Part shown: piece by piece, positions 20,916 to 34,946 of the stretch
Position numbering within the stretch: position 1 is the stretch's first letter
Layout of the letters: each line of letters starts with the position of its first letter
Assembly (NCBI GenBank): GCA_040954595.2
Contig: CM082592.2
Location: forward strand, 3,240,735 to 3,304,734
Direction of reading: 5' to 3'
DNA from: Balanoglossus misakiensis
Taxonomy: Eukaryota > Animalia > Hemichordata
DNA length: 64,000 nt
Notes under the pieces: model-generated
Seen by the model: the letters and a program-made list of their open reading frames with translations, nothing else
Database searches by the model: none
Told to the model about the DNA's origin: nothing
Position numbers and translations under genes: made by a program

Positions 20916-21317
20916 GCTCGACCCCTGATGGTTTGCCTGGTTAGGGAGGGGGTGACCACATTTGTTTCTACTATGCACATGTGCAAGGGTTTGTTCTGTA
21001 CGCATCTGTACATTAAAACATGATTGTATATACTGTAAAACGGGAAATTTTCGCAAACAATAAATTTTCGCAAACTAACGTGAGAGCAAAAAAAATGTAA
21101 AAATAAAAAGCCGCATAAAAATGTTTGTTGGAGATAATGATCAGTGTGTGCATATGAATACTGAATGAATAGCCAAAAGTTACAGACAGTGGACCTATAA
21201 CACAGTTACATTGTCACTTCACTTTCAATTAATTGTTTATTTCCGTTTTTTTCAATCCAGTATGTCAGTATTACCATCTACATCAAGCTCTGGAAGATTG
21301 TGAATTCCATTGAGAAG

Positions 21318-24300
21318 ATGGCTGTAGTGGGTGGAATATCTGTGCACGTGTATACTGGACAGAAACTCAGTTTTAAAACTGATTCATATGCAGAAGATAT
21401 ATGCTATGAAGTGGCCAGACACATCAAAGTTGGCGATGAAACGTTGTCCAACCGCGACTTCAGTCTATTCCAACTCGCTACCAAAGATATGGAGACATGG
21501 CTGAACCCTGGCAGAAAGATAACCAGGTGTATGGAACTTGTGTTCCGTATGAGATTTTTGATAAAGCGGGACAAGGGCTGTTTTCCTCTCGGCAAGGTGG
21601 CACAGGAATACTATTTCAAGCAGTGTCAGAATGACTACAGGAAGTCCGGCTGGAATACATTTAAAGATGAAGAAATCTTAGGAATGGCGGTGATGGACAT
21701 GGCACGCGCTATGATAGAAGACCGAATACCTCAAGAGCAGGTCATGAAAACGTACAGCAAATTCCTGCCGGAAAACTGGCCCACACGATATCAGTGGCCT
21801 CACAATAGACTGATCCTTAAGAAGCGTTTGAAAGATGGTCTGAAGGATTGTGGACAGCGTCAGTGGCAACCAATAGAATTGAAAATAAAGTACATAGAAC
21901 AGTTTGAAGGAAAAAGTGAAAACTTTGGGAAAGAAATTTACAACACGAAAGGGATCAAGAAAGAGGTAGTTGAAGTGAGTGGTGATAATGGAATTGTCAT
22001 CAAAGAGGTTAGTGTCAATTATACATGTACCTTTATTTTTGCTCACTCGCGTATTTTTTGTGGGCGTCCAGTTCACACCACATCTTACCATTTGTAACTA
22101 TTTTCTGCTCAAAGCAAGGTGTTTTTTGCATTTGGCAGTGGAGTCTTGCATCCAAGGAGACCTTTGCAGCCCACTGGATATCTTCCCGATGGAGCACAGT
22201 GACCTTTACACTATTTTTCGTTTGCTTTTCAGTCAGAGCATGATGACAAGATCCACTTTGATTTCTGTGATGTGACAGACGTTGTTATTTTTCCAATGTC
22301 AAAACCCGAGTCAGATTTGGTGGGATGTGAACACAACATTGGATTGGTAAAACTAGAAATCAACAGAAGAAAAGGAGACACTCTAGTATGTGGTTTATTT
22401 ACTAAAAGTTGTACAAGCCATTCACTAGCTAATCTGTGTACACACACTTGAGCTGATGTACAGATTTCTGTGTGTGTGTCCCCGTCCGTCTATGTATATA
22501 TGTGTGTCTGTCTGTCTGTGAACAGGATATCTCAAGAATGGCTGAAAGGATTTCAGGGCCTCCGTTAATGCAAATTTCTGCGCATTTCACACATTTCTGA
22601 CCATAATAAAATAATGATGGATGCGTACATCATTAGGCATTGACTTTAGCCTCTAGAGATATCATATAGAAAATAACGCTTGACCTACAGGCTGGGCAAC
22701 TGCACATGCACGTAACCTTGCAACATTCATGCACCGAAATGTTCCAATTTTCTCTCCAGCAGTGTAGTATCCTGAACACTGTTGCTTTTTGACTCAAGTT
22801 TACCCAGAGTTCTGTTCGTTGTAGTTGCTGTTCCTGTAATGGCAGTCATCTTGTGTTCGCTTGAATAAAGCATTTTTGTCTGTTAACATCGGAGTGTATT
22901 ATTGACTATCCAGGCGATCACTTTAGGCAGCATGTGGCAGATAAAACTTTGTAACAATATAGTGGTGTCACAGCCCAATTAGTAAATTTACTGAAAAAAA
23001 TTCAAAACCCAAAGGATACCTAGACCGACTAAAAAAATAGGGGCAATATGCATGTATTTCCAATATCAAATAGGAAGATTTATTACATTAAACTATAAGC
23101 TGATGTTAAATTTAATGAATTGTTTTTTCCCCAGACATTGCAAATGTGTGATCAAGATCAGGCTGTGTCATTGGTTAGCCTATTAGATGGTTACTATAGG
23201 CTTCTGGTTGATAACTATCACTACCTCTGTAAGGATTGTGCACCACCTATGCAAATGAAGTTGGCTGAAGCCAAGTGCCATGGACCAATATCGTAAGTTC
23301 ATTATATAGTCAAGCAATAACCCTCGCTGTAGGCAGGTATATGTGAGATTTGGGTACAATTCATGACATATAGCATGAGCCGTTAAGTGAGTGTTATATG
23401 GAGTGAATTGAACCCAAATCAGAGAAACACTGGAAAAAAATCACATGCGGAGTATTTTAGGATACGAACCTGCAGGCCCGGGTGCACGGTTCAGGCCATA
23501 GTCCTGTTATTTTATGCAACCATACCTTATTTTGTCTTAAGAATTGTTTGATATATTGTATCCCTTATCACTTTGTTCCCGTTTGCTTCGTAGACGGAGT
23601 CAAGCTGATGAAAAGATCCACAGTGTGGGTCTTGTTGATGGTACCTTCCTTATTCGCCAGAACCCTGATCCAACCAAGCTTGGTGGCTTCTGTTTGATGT
23701 TATGCTATGATGGCAAGATTAATAACTATCCTGTGGATGCTAATAGAGGTAAGCCGTAATCTCACTGAAGATTTCTGGAGTTTTAAATTACGCTGATTTA
23801 AAGGGACAGCAGGCTTATACCAAATTCCCCCCATAACTCATAAGTTCATTTGTGTATTTAGAGACACAGAACGATCTACTGTGATCGGACGACGAATTAG
23901 CATCAGCTGTCCCGTGAACTCTACACCATAGAACAAGTGGTGAAGCAGTTTTTTACATGAATAACCATAGACTGTAGAAAGTCTATTGAATAACTGACTT
24001 TCAAATGAACATTTGGGAATATGAAACTCAACAGCTATGACAAAATTATCCACAAATTGTTACATGGTGCTGCAGTTTGTAATTTTGTACATTTGTATTG
24101 TAGGTTTAGATGAAATGCAAATTTGGTGGAAGTATGACTGTACACGCTTTCATATAATTACAACTATTTTGATTATTGCAGGTACTGAAGTAAGTTTTCC
24201 TGATGAACCCAACAAGTTCCAAACTATCCGTCAATTTATAGATGCGTACAGGAAACCCAACCAGTGCTTACAAGTACCATTAAAACTATGTATACCGCCC

Positions 24301-27300
24301 TCCACAAAAGGTAATATGGTTCATTTCTGTTGTTGAATCCACAATTGGGATATCTTATATATCAAAATCGCTGTAAATGCCCGATAGTGAGGGCGTTTTT
24401 CCCATAGAGTTACACAGGCACACGAATCTAGGTATATGATAGATGTACGTAGAGCCGCAAATTGGAGGTTGGGATAATATGTCTGTGCATACCCACGAGT
24501 AAACTTTACTGAAACGGAGCAATCTAAATTTGGAAGTAAAATTATTGAAATAATTATGGCAGTCCATGGGGCTTTATAAAGTGAATGAGGAGCTTCAGTT
24601 GAGCCTCAGTCGTTTTTAGGTCCCATTTTGGTATGTACAATGTGTATATGGGACCTTATGGAATCAGTTGCGTCTGTATGTATGGATGTATATCAGTATG
24701 GATGTATGTATGTCTGTATGTCCGTCCACATCAAAAACTTGAAAACCGCTGCGTGTATCACCTTGATATTTGGTGTGCAGATGCAAGCTGGGCTGCAGAT
24801 GGGAGTTTGTTCAAACGAAATTGTCATTACCAAAAATATGCAAATTAGCTGGAAAAATGTGAAATTGGTCAAAACTCAGAAACTCAACAACTGCTGGTTC
24901 TTTTTTTCAGAAAAATCGCTTTTGCTCAAACGGGCTGGTGGTGGCCCAGATATTCCAAGCTCACCCAAACAAGTGTACAGACAAGACAATGCAGACAGCG
25001 GTGTATGGATTCAAGAAGATTCACTTCAGTTCAATGAAGCTGACTTGCTTGGAAAGGGCGCATTTACAAATGTTTACAAAGGAACCTACATTTCCAAATC
25101 ACCGGGAGAAAACGAACACTCGACCACGACAGTTGCCATCAAACAACTCTCGAATTCAGATAATGAAAAGAAGTTTGAGAAAGTAAGTACAGCTCATTTG
25201 CGTGGAAAATAAGATATAGTTATTGCTATTTTGGTGAATTTACGACACGTGTCTTTCAAAACCTAGTCCTGTTGGATGTAGTGCTGGACATTAGGAAACA
25301 GGGGATTCACTTACTAATCATACAAATGTTGGCTAACCTCACTAAAACTTTTGCCGATGTCACTTTTATCACTCCTCTTGTACGTGCTTTGATGCCCCTC
25401 ACTACTATGACATGGACAATTATCTAAAAATATTTGAATCACAAAATAATTAATTGAATTTATTTTCTTACAGATCTTTTTCCAAACTGCTGACAAAATT
25501 TTATTCCTGAAAAACCCACATGTGGTTGCAATAATTGGAGTTCGAAAGTTTGTTTTGGTAATGGAATACTTGCAGTTTGGTTCCCTGAATGTTTACTTAA
25601 ATGAACATGCTGAAGACATGGAATCTTCAGATCTTCTGAAAGCTGTCATTCAAGTGGCTCAAGCATTGGCATACCTGGTACATGTAATTCATTTCTCAAT
25701 TCTTTTATTGCTCAAAGGGACAAAGTCTCTCTCTCGCTGCTTTTTTTCAATTAATTATGTTTGATACAAGACACCGTTTAAGTTACGTGAATATGCAAAT
25801 GTATAGTGTTCGACCACACACAACTTCCATCCCGTTTGTAGGATATGAGAGTAAAAACTCGCCCAAAATGAATAAACGGTAGAGACTGATTAATTTTTGG
25901 CGAATTTTTCACTCTCGTGTCTACAAGTGGGATGAAAGTTGTGTGTGGTCGAACGTTGATTCACTATATATCCTTATGTAGAATAACATAAACGTTGTCT
26001 TGTATCAAACATAATTGATGGAAAAAGGGCAGCAAGAGAGAGACTTTGTCCCTTTAATTAAACTATGCGACCTTCACACATCCACATTGCCAGAAATGTA
26101 AAGCCCTGTAAAATGATTTTTCATTCTTTTCTTTAATCTGCCATTGCACAGTTAGTTTTCAGTGTACCATTATATCTACAGGAGGAAAAATCTGTGGTGC
26201 ATGGTAGTGTTTGTGCAAGGAATGTTTTGGTTGCCAGTGAACCCAGTGCATTTCGTGTCAAGTTGGCTGATCCTTTGTTTGGTAACATATACTATGCCTT
26301 GAAAACAGGTCATGAAGCAAGACTGAAGAGGTGAGCTGCGTGCAAAAGTTGCACTGTATTATTTCATCATATTGTGGACACTATACCTTTGAGTTTGAAG
26401 GGTGGAAATGTCAAATTTATTATTTGTCCCTGGTGCCAATTAAGATTCTCAAGAACACAGGACTTTCGAGTTGTTTTGAAATGCAATGATTTTAAATTCT
26501 TGTCAAGAGGGGGCGCTCCAAATTCTGCAAAAATGAGGCCTGCGCTAAATTCAGTCAAGAGGGGGCGCTCCAAATTCTGCAAAAATGAGGCCTGCACTAA
26601 ATTCAGTCACAGTGGCAAATGGAGGTCAAATCATGCAATATTCAAAATTATATTATACCAGTATATTGATGGTGTAAATCGCGCTATTTGATTGGTCGAG
26701 ACACGACACGTGACCGTGATATATTAGCCATATACCACAGTCATATATCATAGTTAAAGAAAATGCCTTTTTAAAATGTTTTATGCAAATTTTCAATATA
26801 CTGGCATAATATAATAGCAATAAAACACCCCCAGCCATGGTATACCACTCGATTTTGACCAGTTCAACTCCATATACGCACTCGCTATCGCTCGTGCGTA
26901 TATGTCGTGAACTGGTCAAAATCTCGTGATATACCATGGCTGGGGGTGTTTTATTGCTTAAGCAAAAACAGTCGGGTAACCAACTCAGTTGACATCGTAC
27001 CATCTGTATCCATATTGATCTCACTTGTTAGCGTTTTTGAAGCTGCACATCACAGTTTGCTGAAATGTCACAGAGAAACAATACAATAATTAACTCTATA
27101 TGACATGATCTAAGTAAACATCTGATCAGCTTTACCAGACTTTTCATCCTATCATCTTCACGTGCCAAAGTTGAATAATATGCTGCGTCGTTGTTTCTAT
27201 TTATGATTTCAGAGTACCATGGACTCCCCCTGAGCATCTGGTTTGCAGAGTTCGAGCAAATGCAGATCTAGATAAATTTGCCTTTGCCGTCTTCTGTTGG

Positions 27301-30300
27301 GAAGTGTTTCGACTTGGGCGGGAACCATTTCGGGAACACCGGTCTGAGGATGTAAGTTTTGCTGTAGGAAGAGTTAGTTATGTTAGTTTTGCATCACAGT
27401 GTGTATGCTTTGAGATATAAAAGTGATTTTGTACATTGATCATAGCCAATTCTTTGCCAGCTGTTCAACCATTTCAACCACTTTTAGCTTTAATATTAGT
27501 GCTCACACATGACCCCGATGTCTGTACTGATGTCTGCCTGGCTGTCTATCTGTCTGTCTGTCTGTCAAAGGTATCCGTCGCATATGCAAATTTGGCTACA
27601 GTTAACATGGCAAATTGAGATCTAGCCAATCACAAATTTTCAGTGGGTGGCACACGCGAAAAATAGGCGACAATTCAAGTCTTAGTTGTATTTCATATAA
27701 ACATTGTACATTCACTGGCTATACTCCTACATGTACCTCTTTGCCACATTTAAAATATTACCATACATAATTGTCCAAAAGAATGTGCTGCCTCTTTGTC
27801 CCATGCTAATGATAATTTTCACAGGGGATAAAATATTATTTTTGATGTTTCAGATAAGAAAGTTATATTTGGAAGGGAAGAGACCGCAACTGAAAGGAAT
27901 ACCGGGACCATTTACCAAAATAATGAGTCTTTGCTGGCATCAAGATCCTATTGAAAGACCACCGTTCAAGTCTATCTTACGAGATTTTCGAATGATTATA
28001 CCAGGTATGGACAGACTTAGTACATGTCCATGTAAATGCAGAGAAAAAAAAAATTAGTCAATATAAATCACATGAAAAACAATGAAAAAGCACACATATT
28101 GTCTTGAAAAAGAAAAGTGAGTCTATCAAACATTTTCTCAAGTCAGATATGATTAAGCAATAAAACACCCCCAGCCATGGTATACCACGAGATTTTGACC
28201 AGTTCATGACATATACGCACGAGCGATAGCGAGTGCGTATATGGAGTTGAACTGGTCAAAATCTCGTGGTATACCATGGCTGGGGGTGTTTTATTGCTAT
28301 TATATTATGCCAGTATATTGAAACTTTGCATAATACATTTAAAAAGGCATTTTCTTTGACTATGATATATGACTGTGGTATATGGCTAATATATCACGGT
28401 CACGTGTCGTGTCTCGACCAATCAAATAGCGTGATTTACACCATCAATATACTGGTATAATATAATGTACAACATATCATGCACTTTTGCAGATATCAAG
28501 GTATCCCATGCACCTAATTTAAAATGACACTGGTTAATATCCCATCAGCCAGAACGCAGGTCAGCCAGTTCGTCGTTTTATATTGCTCACACCCGTGAGT
28601 ATGTCAGTCAGTCATTTAAACGCGTCTCACATATTGACTTTCAACCTCCACACTTATTTCCATCTCACAGGCTTGCACAATCCTTTTGAGTCGCTTTGTC
28701 CACATGATATTTGCCCTTTTTCTGCAGATAGTGTTGGACGCAAATATGTGGAAACGTCAAAAGACACATGATTCTCTGTTTCATTTTAGAAAATCTGACA
28801 ACTGAAGGGAATCCCGGTGACTGGGCCAGGTCCATATCTGAAAGTTTTATGTTTGAACCAGAAATGCAGAATGGAGCCAATGGTGCAGACAGCGGTGTAG
28901 TGGATGTAGCCGCAAATGTTACCGCCCTCAACTCAGATGAAATTTCTTCGATAGATGAATCCACTTTGATGGATCAGGTACACTGCTGCATTTATACTAA
29001 ATTAGGGCAACAAATTTTAAATGTAGAGTATGTTCACGCAGATATCAAGGTATCCCACCATGGGACAACATCACTTTGCCATTTGTGCACTGTGCGTGTG
29101 AGTCTGTCTGTATGTATTGCAGTCCCTCAAAAAAAAAAAAAAAACAGTCAGGAAATTCTTATCAGACTTTATTGTCTCTGTATTGTCTTCAATGTGTTAA
29201 GTACCATACTAGGTGTAGGGTGTGTATTACGGTTGCATGACCATCTTCGAGTCAAGTCTTTTCCTTCGAAGTTCGAAGCAGCGCGCATTGAATTCCCAAT
29301 AACTGCTATAAAAGTACAAGTTATTTTGTCAGAATTGTGCTTGTTTGCTTATCTCTAACAGTATATACTGGATATACCCTTTATTTGGCATTCCAAATTT
29401 CCAAAATATATTCCATGAAAAATCTATCAATTGATGAAATGCACCGGTACATCTCTTTATTTTTACAGCCACAGCCAGTACAGCCTGCAGGTAGTATCAG
29501 TGAAGATGACTTTGCAGACATCCTAGACCCAGTTGACATTGAAAGCGATTCACTGGCTCTTATAGAAATCATAGGCAGTGTAAGTGTCATGTCATGACAA
29601 ATCCCTCTCTCTCTGGTTCAAGAATATCCATGCGAAGTCCAAAACTGCAAACTTATCAACAGAAATTTCTATTTTTTTCTGAGGAGGAGATATACTGTAA
29701 AACGGGAAATTTTCGCGATATCAAAATAGGCAACTGTTACGCGACGATTAAATTTTGCGTTCTCGTATTTCACTGCATCGTTATCTCCGAAAAACATTTT
29801 TATGCAACATTTTTATTATACTGTTTGTATGGTGTCCGATTAAATGGGTGCGCACCCATTTAATATATAGCGTGTTCAAACTACAACATACGGCCACAAT
29901 CAGGCGTCAATGAGATGTTCATGTATTCCTGTCAGTAAGCTTATTTAGATGGGCCAATGTAAGTTAGAAAATTAAGTCATGAAAATAATGCATGAAATGG
30001 CAGCCCTAGAGGCTTTAAAGCCACAGTATTTCTCGTTTTCGCACAAATTTTGTTTGAAACAGCATCTTCAATTTCTAAAAGTAGATGATAATTGATACTG
30101 AATCAAACAGTTATCATGCCCAGCTCTGTTCATAAACACATACAATTTACAATATAACGAGTGAAGAATGACTTTCTGTCCGGACAGAAAGTCAGGCTCT
30201 ATTGACATACGGAATGCAACGTAAACAAACCCGCACATCATTACAAGTGTTACGGGCAATATTTACGGCTTGCATGTAGCTACAGTTGCACAAACCTTTC

Positions 30301-33300
30301 TTATATCTTCATTATGTAGTATTCCATGATGAATGTACGGGAAAAACGGACAATTTTCGATGATGAAAAATGCTTAAACACGAGAAATACTGGGGCTTTA
30401 AGTCTTGGTTTACCTTGTAGGGACATTATGGAGAAGTATGGAAAGGAATTTTGAAGCGCTATCCAAACATACCGGAGAAAAACGAGGATGTAGCTGTCAA
30501 GAAACTACCTAAACCTGTAGCACTAAGCAGAAAGTATACAGAGGACTTTATGAGAGAAATTCGACAGACGGCTTCATTGGACTGTGAGAGAGTTGTAAAA
30601 GTGAAAGGAATTTGTAGAGGTAGGTGATTCTACACTGCTTAATGCATTAAATGGTAAATTGACAAAGACATTCTAAAAATCAGGCGCTGCAACACACACA
30701 CACACAAAGTAAGCAGCATTTTAAATTGACCAAAGGAAAGTTTACATATTGTTTTCTGAAAATTTTATTGTTCAAAACTTCGTTTAACAATAATTATAAA
30801 CAGTTTTTTGCAGAACAGGTTTTAAAAGCGAGTTTGTCTTATTGAGGTTCCACTGTATGTAACAATAAATAAACACAAATGTAAGTCTTCTGTTTCTATA
30901 CATAGAGGATAAATTAGAAGTAAAAGTGTCTCTAACCATATTGCTTTCAATTGGATGGACCAGATAACGTCCTTGGTTTGATGATGGTCATGGAATATCT
31001 GCCTAAAGGAGCTTTGAGCAGTCACCTGAAGAATCATAAAAACTTGCCACTGAAGACCCTGTGTAACTATTCTTTGCAAGTTGCTGAGGTATTCACTGGT
31101 CTCTTATTTCTTAAAGAGGAACGACACCCACAATTTTGGGCTTCAAAGTACAAACCGGGTGTCAAAAACGGCAACGTTCCGATGGGTTAATTCACTTTCA
31201 CTTCCTGCGCAAGCAGAAGACGCGAGTTGAAAATACTACAGTGACGTCAGCAACTTGCGTTGCAGTCGAGGCGCAGCACTCTTTACACATTCGACGTGTC
31301 ATTTCCAATAAACAGACACATTTTGCGCGGATCTGACATGGCGAAATGTCAATTTCATGATTTTAAAAACATATTCGGAAAATCGACGGGGATAAGTTTC
31401 TTTCAAAGGCAATGCTCTACGTGTATTGTATTTGTCGATGCGTGCAGACATAGACCCTGCAATGTCCACGATGCCATGCATGTCGACGTTTATGAACAAA
31501 CCGTAAGGCCTATACAAAGTTGTTCTAACTGCCACTGATAATAATAAACGTACCGTTTTAAATCTTTCCTGCACGTTTTTTGGTACACGTATTTGGGTTT
31601 AATTTCCATTTATTGACGATCGCATAGTAATCAAATGAAAGCAACTAAAAAGGGCAGTTTTAATACATTTCAAGAGACGAAACATGCATAGAATAACATG
31701 GTATTGGCTTCCATTATACTACGGACGTACTACACCTGGACAGCAGGACGATGAACCTGCGTTCTTTTCAACTCCATAAAAGGTGACAAAGTATTTTTGT
31801 AAGAAAAGTGGTTCGAAAAGGTGACAACGAGTGAGAGACAACAAGGGAGGGTATTGTCTGTTTCACCATAGACCCTAGGGTCTATGGTTTCACTGAAACC
31901 ACACCAAGTGTAAGCCTTGACAAACGGGACACATCGGAGATGATCAGAACTGCATGAACTTTTGTCCTCTGTAAAATTCAGTCTCTTGGTCGTAGAAGGG
32001 AATCTCTGGTTCAAAATTGTAGCCTACTACCCGAGAATATGTTGCTATGCTAACATCGTCGGTCGCGTGAGTGCAGGCGTGTATAAGCATAAGCTCGCTC
32101 CAACGCGTCGGCAGCGGACAACGGTACGAGTTGCTGACGTCACTCACTTCCGGGTTCGCGCAGTTTTTGGCTGGCTGTAGCTCTGTTATGCGTAAGTGAA
32201 AGTGAATGAAACCAACGTTTTTCATAGTACTTTTTAATCGCATTTCGCAGAATTGGCTCAAAAACGGATCACAACGTTCCACTTTAATGGCGTTATCAAT
32301 GCATTGGACTTTTAAAACAATTTTCTTGCCAATAGTTGGAACTGGTTTGATTTTATACACAGGGGCCTAAACTTCCTGCACCCAAGCCTATAAACCAGCC
32401 TGGTACATGTGATCTGTAGGGCTTATATGGGATTACCCAGTCAAATTAGTGAGACCTGGTGCAATTTTAATTTGGTTCAAACTGCCAAGACGTTCAAAAT
32501 AGATTATTGTGGAAATAAGGGTCAAAACTGTGTTTGACCCCTTGGCTATGTCGGTATGAAATGTACAAGTACCTGATTTTTTGTCTTATTTCATTTCTTT
32601 ATGTAACTATACTGATCAAATAGTAGCACAGTGTCTTAACATTAAATTAGTGTAAAATCTGTCTAAACCGAACACCAAAGGGACTGAAGAAACTGTTCGG
32701 TTTGCAGAGGTGTTCAGTTTATAGAGGTTCTTTTAACATGTGGTTCTATGTCGAGGGGACTGGAAAATGTGTTCAGTATAGACAGGTTTCCAGATAAGAC
32801 AGGGGTCAGTTTAAACAGGTTTACTGTATTGATTTTTTTATTTTTTCTTATCATTCAGGGAATGAATTACCTTGCTAGTAAGAGAGTTGTCCATCGTGAT
32901 TTAGCTGCTAGGAACATACTGGTAGCATCTTCACATTCCGTCAAAATTAGTGATTTCGGATTAGCAAGATATATGACTGGTGGTGACAAATCATACTATC
33001 GACAAAAATCTGATCAGGAGAATCCTATTTTATGGTAAGTTGAATATTTATGAGGAAGTGAAGTATACATTTGTACACCAGTAAAAAAAAAATGCAGTAT
33101 GGCAGTGAATATTGGAGAGAGAATAATGCATTGTTGTTTCATATACCTTGTTGCTAGGCATGCACCTGAAAGTATTCAACACAAGAAGTATGATTCCAAA
33201 GGAGATGTATGGGGATATGGTGTCTTATTGTGGGAAATTTTCACTTACGGTGACCGACCCAGGTAAGTGTGTGTTAGTGTTTGCTGAATTCTTGGAAATG

Positions 33301-34946
33301 CATCTTCGTAATTGGGCTGTACATTGGCATTGGAAGAACTTGAAACTAATGTTGATTGAGTGAGTAACAACATGATTGTGCTATATGTATAAATAATTTC
33401 AGTCATAATATCCATATTACAAACTTCATTGTACATTTGAAAGATCACATTTTACCGTACATGCGTGTAGGTTATATGTGGCTAGCTGGTCACGTATTAG
33501 TAACACTCGCATGGTTGACTTCACAATGTAAATTGACCATAGACAATGGGTTACCTTGTAAACATGCCCTAAAGTCGTTACAGGGTGGCGCTTTTGAACG
33601 TTTCTTATTTATCTGTGCATTCTCACTGTATATTTGCGCAGGTGCTCCAACCCTGAACCACTCCCCTCACTGCCATTGTAAATTAATATCACTGCAGGGG
33701 TTCTAAAAACTGTTCACACATATTTTTTCCATCCAAGTCTCATCATCGACATTGCTACACCATAAAATGTTACAGTGAGAACAAGGTTAATTTTAGCCAG
33801 GTATATGTCATTAACAATGACTTGTTAAAGCCCGGAACTAAAACATAACTTTATTTTCACTTTGAATTTTGACATCACTGTTTTCACCTTATAATACACC
33901 CTACAGTATTTTAAGCGACAAGTAATGCTCATGAAAACTGTACTTATTTAGTTTGATTTCCTTTTTTTTGTGTGTGTTCCAGGTACCTTGACGGAACCAC
34001 GGAGGTCAAGTTTGAAGAGTTATTCTACAAACTGATGCAAGGACTCCGGCTGAGAAAACCTAATCGGTGTCCGGAGAGGGTGTATGAAGTTATGAAGGGT
34101 TGTTGGATATTGAAAGCAGAAGACCGTCCTACATTTTCTAAACTTGAACAAGACTTTTCATCTGTCATTGGTGAAATGGACCATCATGGTAAATAATACA
34201 TATGTATATGCCACACCTACCCCCCACAGAAATGCATTGTGACAAAAATATTAATGGTTTTTATATAAAGTAAGTAAGTATGTAAGTCTGTATGTACAAT
34301 GTATATGTACATCCACATCAAAAACTTAAAAACCGCTGTGTGCATCACCTTGATATTTGGTGTGTAGATGCAGGCCGTGCTGTAGATGGGATTTTGTTCA
34401 AATCGGTTATCATTACCTAACAGTGCATTCCTTTGTGGTTTCTTAGTTATTATCATGTTTGTTTTATAGTTCAAACATATGCTTTTGGTTGTTTTGCTTT
34501 GCCACATGTTGTATGTTATTTCATAGACTCTGTCACAGCCCAGAGTTCGCTACAAGGCTCTTCACTGACGCACCCTCAACCCATTAGCAAAGGGGAAGCC
34601 CCGTATGGTGTTGTGTAGCGAACCGGGCACACATGCAATCAGACTATAAGTCTGCATGGATGGCGAGAGGGGCTGTGCGAGAGTCTAGTTACTTCACAGT
34701 TAGCCCCTAGTATGTTAATCACACTAACTTACTCCTGAAACTGTCTGATTTCAAGTTCTTAACTTCTTGAAACATCAAACTCTTTGATTTAAATTTACCT
34801 TGGGCCCTAGCTGCCAACACTGCTTGCAGCTTTAATTAAACTTATGATTGTTATTCCATTTTATGAAGGTCAGAGCAATAATTTCACCAGGTGATATGCA
34901 CTTCGTTTTAACTGCAGTGTTGTTGTTTTTATTTTCAGATACATAA
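21318..34946 (+). CDS. JAK: Janus kinase (FERM-SH2-pseudokinase-kinase), ~1105 aa
   Basis: Exons 21318-22007, 22233-22385, 23135-23292, 23594-23748, 24182-24310, 24911-25182, 25474-25677, 26182-26330, 27213-27351, 27854-28004, 28790-28977, 29469-29579, 30421-30619, 30964-31088, 32859-33034, 33158-33262, 33983-34188, 34939-34946. JAK signatures: [33 protein letters not shown]2 FLIRQ, JH2 [15 protein letters not shown]1 [17 protein letters not shown], activation loop SYY. An unspliced stop at 34196 is also possible. Confidence 0.95.
25714..26055. mobile_element. Palindromic MITE (AGGGACAAAGTC... termini, Kolobok-like); related pieces at ~42405-42530 and ~51882-52108
   Basis: AAAGGGACAAAGTCTCTCTCTCGCTGC / GCAGCAAGAGAGAGACTTTGTCCCTTT with long internal inverted arms. 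Confidence 0.75.
26647..26961 (+). repeat. Interspersed hairpin-containing element, copy 1
   Basis: Contains a ~140-bp imperfect palindrome (AGCAATAAAACACCCCCAGCCATGG...CCATGGCTGGGGGTGTTTTATTGCT); an inverted near-identical copy lies at 28153-28466. Confidence 0.85.
28153..28466 (-). repeat. Interspersed hairpin-containing element, copy 2 (inverted)
   Basis: Reverse complement of 26647-26961; the ORF track shows the same peptide ([30 protein letters not shown]) on opposite strands. Confidence 0.85.
30019..30397. mobile_element. TTAA-flanked MITE (Kolobok-like AG...CT termini)
   Basis: TTAA-AGCCACAGTATTTCTCGT ... ACGAGAAATACTGGGGCT-TTAA. Confidence 0.7.

Noticed and set aside
31115-32320. 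Coding ORFs in this JAK intron (e.g. 31944-32360)
   Set aside because: No recognisable domain. The region starts TTAA-AGAGGAAC and has partial inverted segments, so it looks like a non-autonomous DNA element whose right end I could not define.
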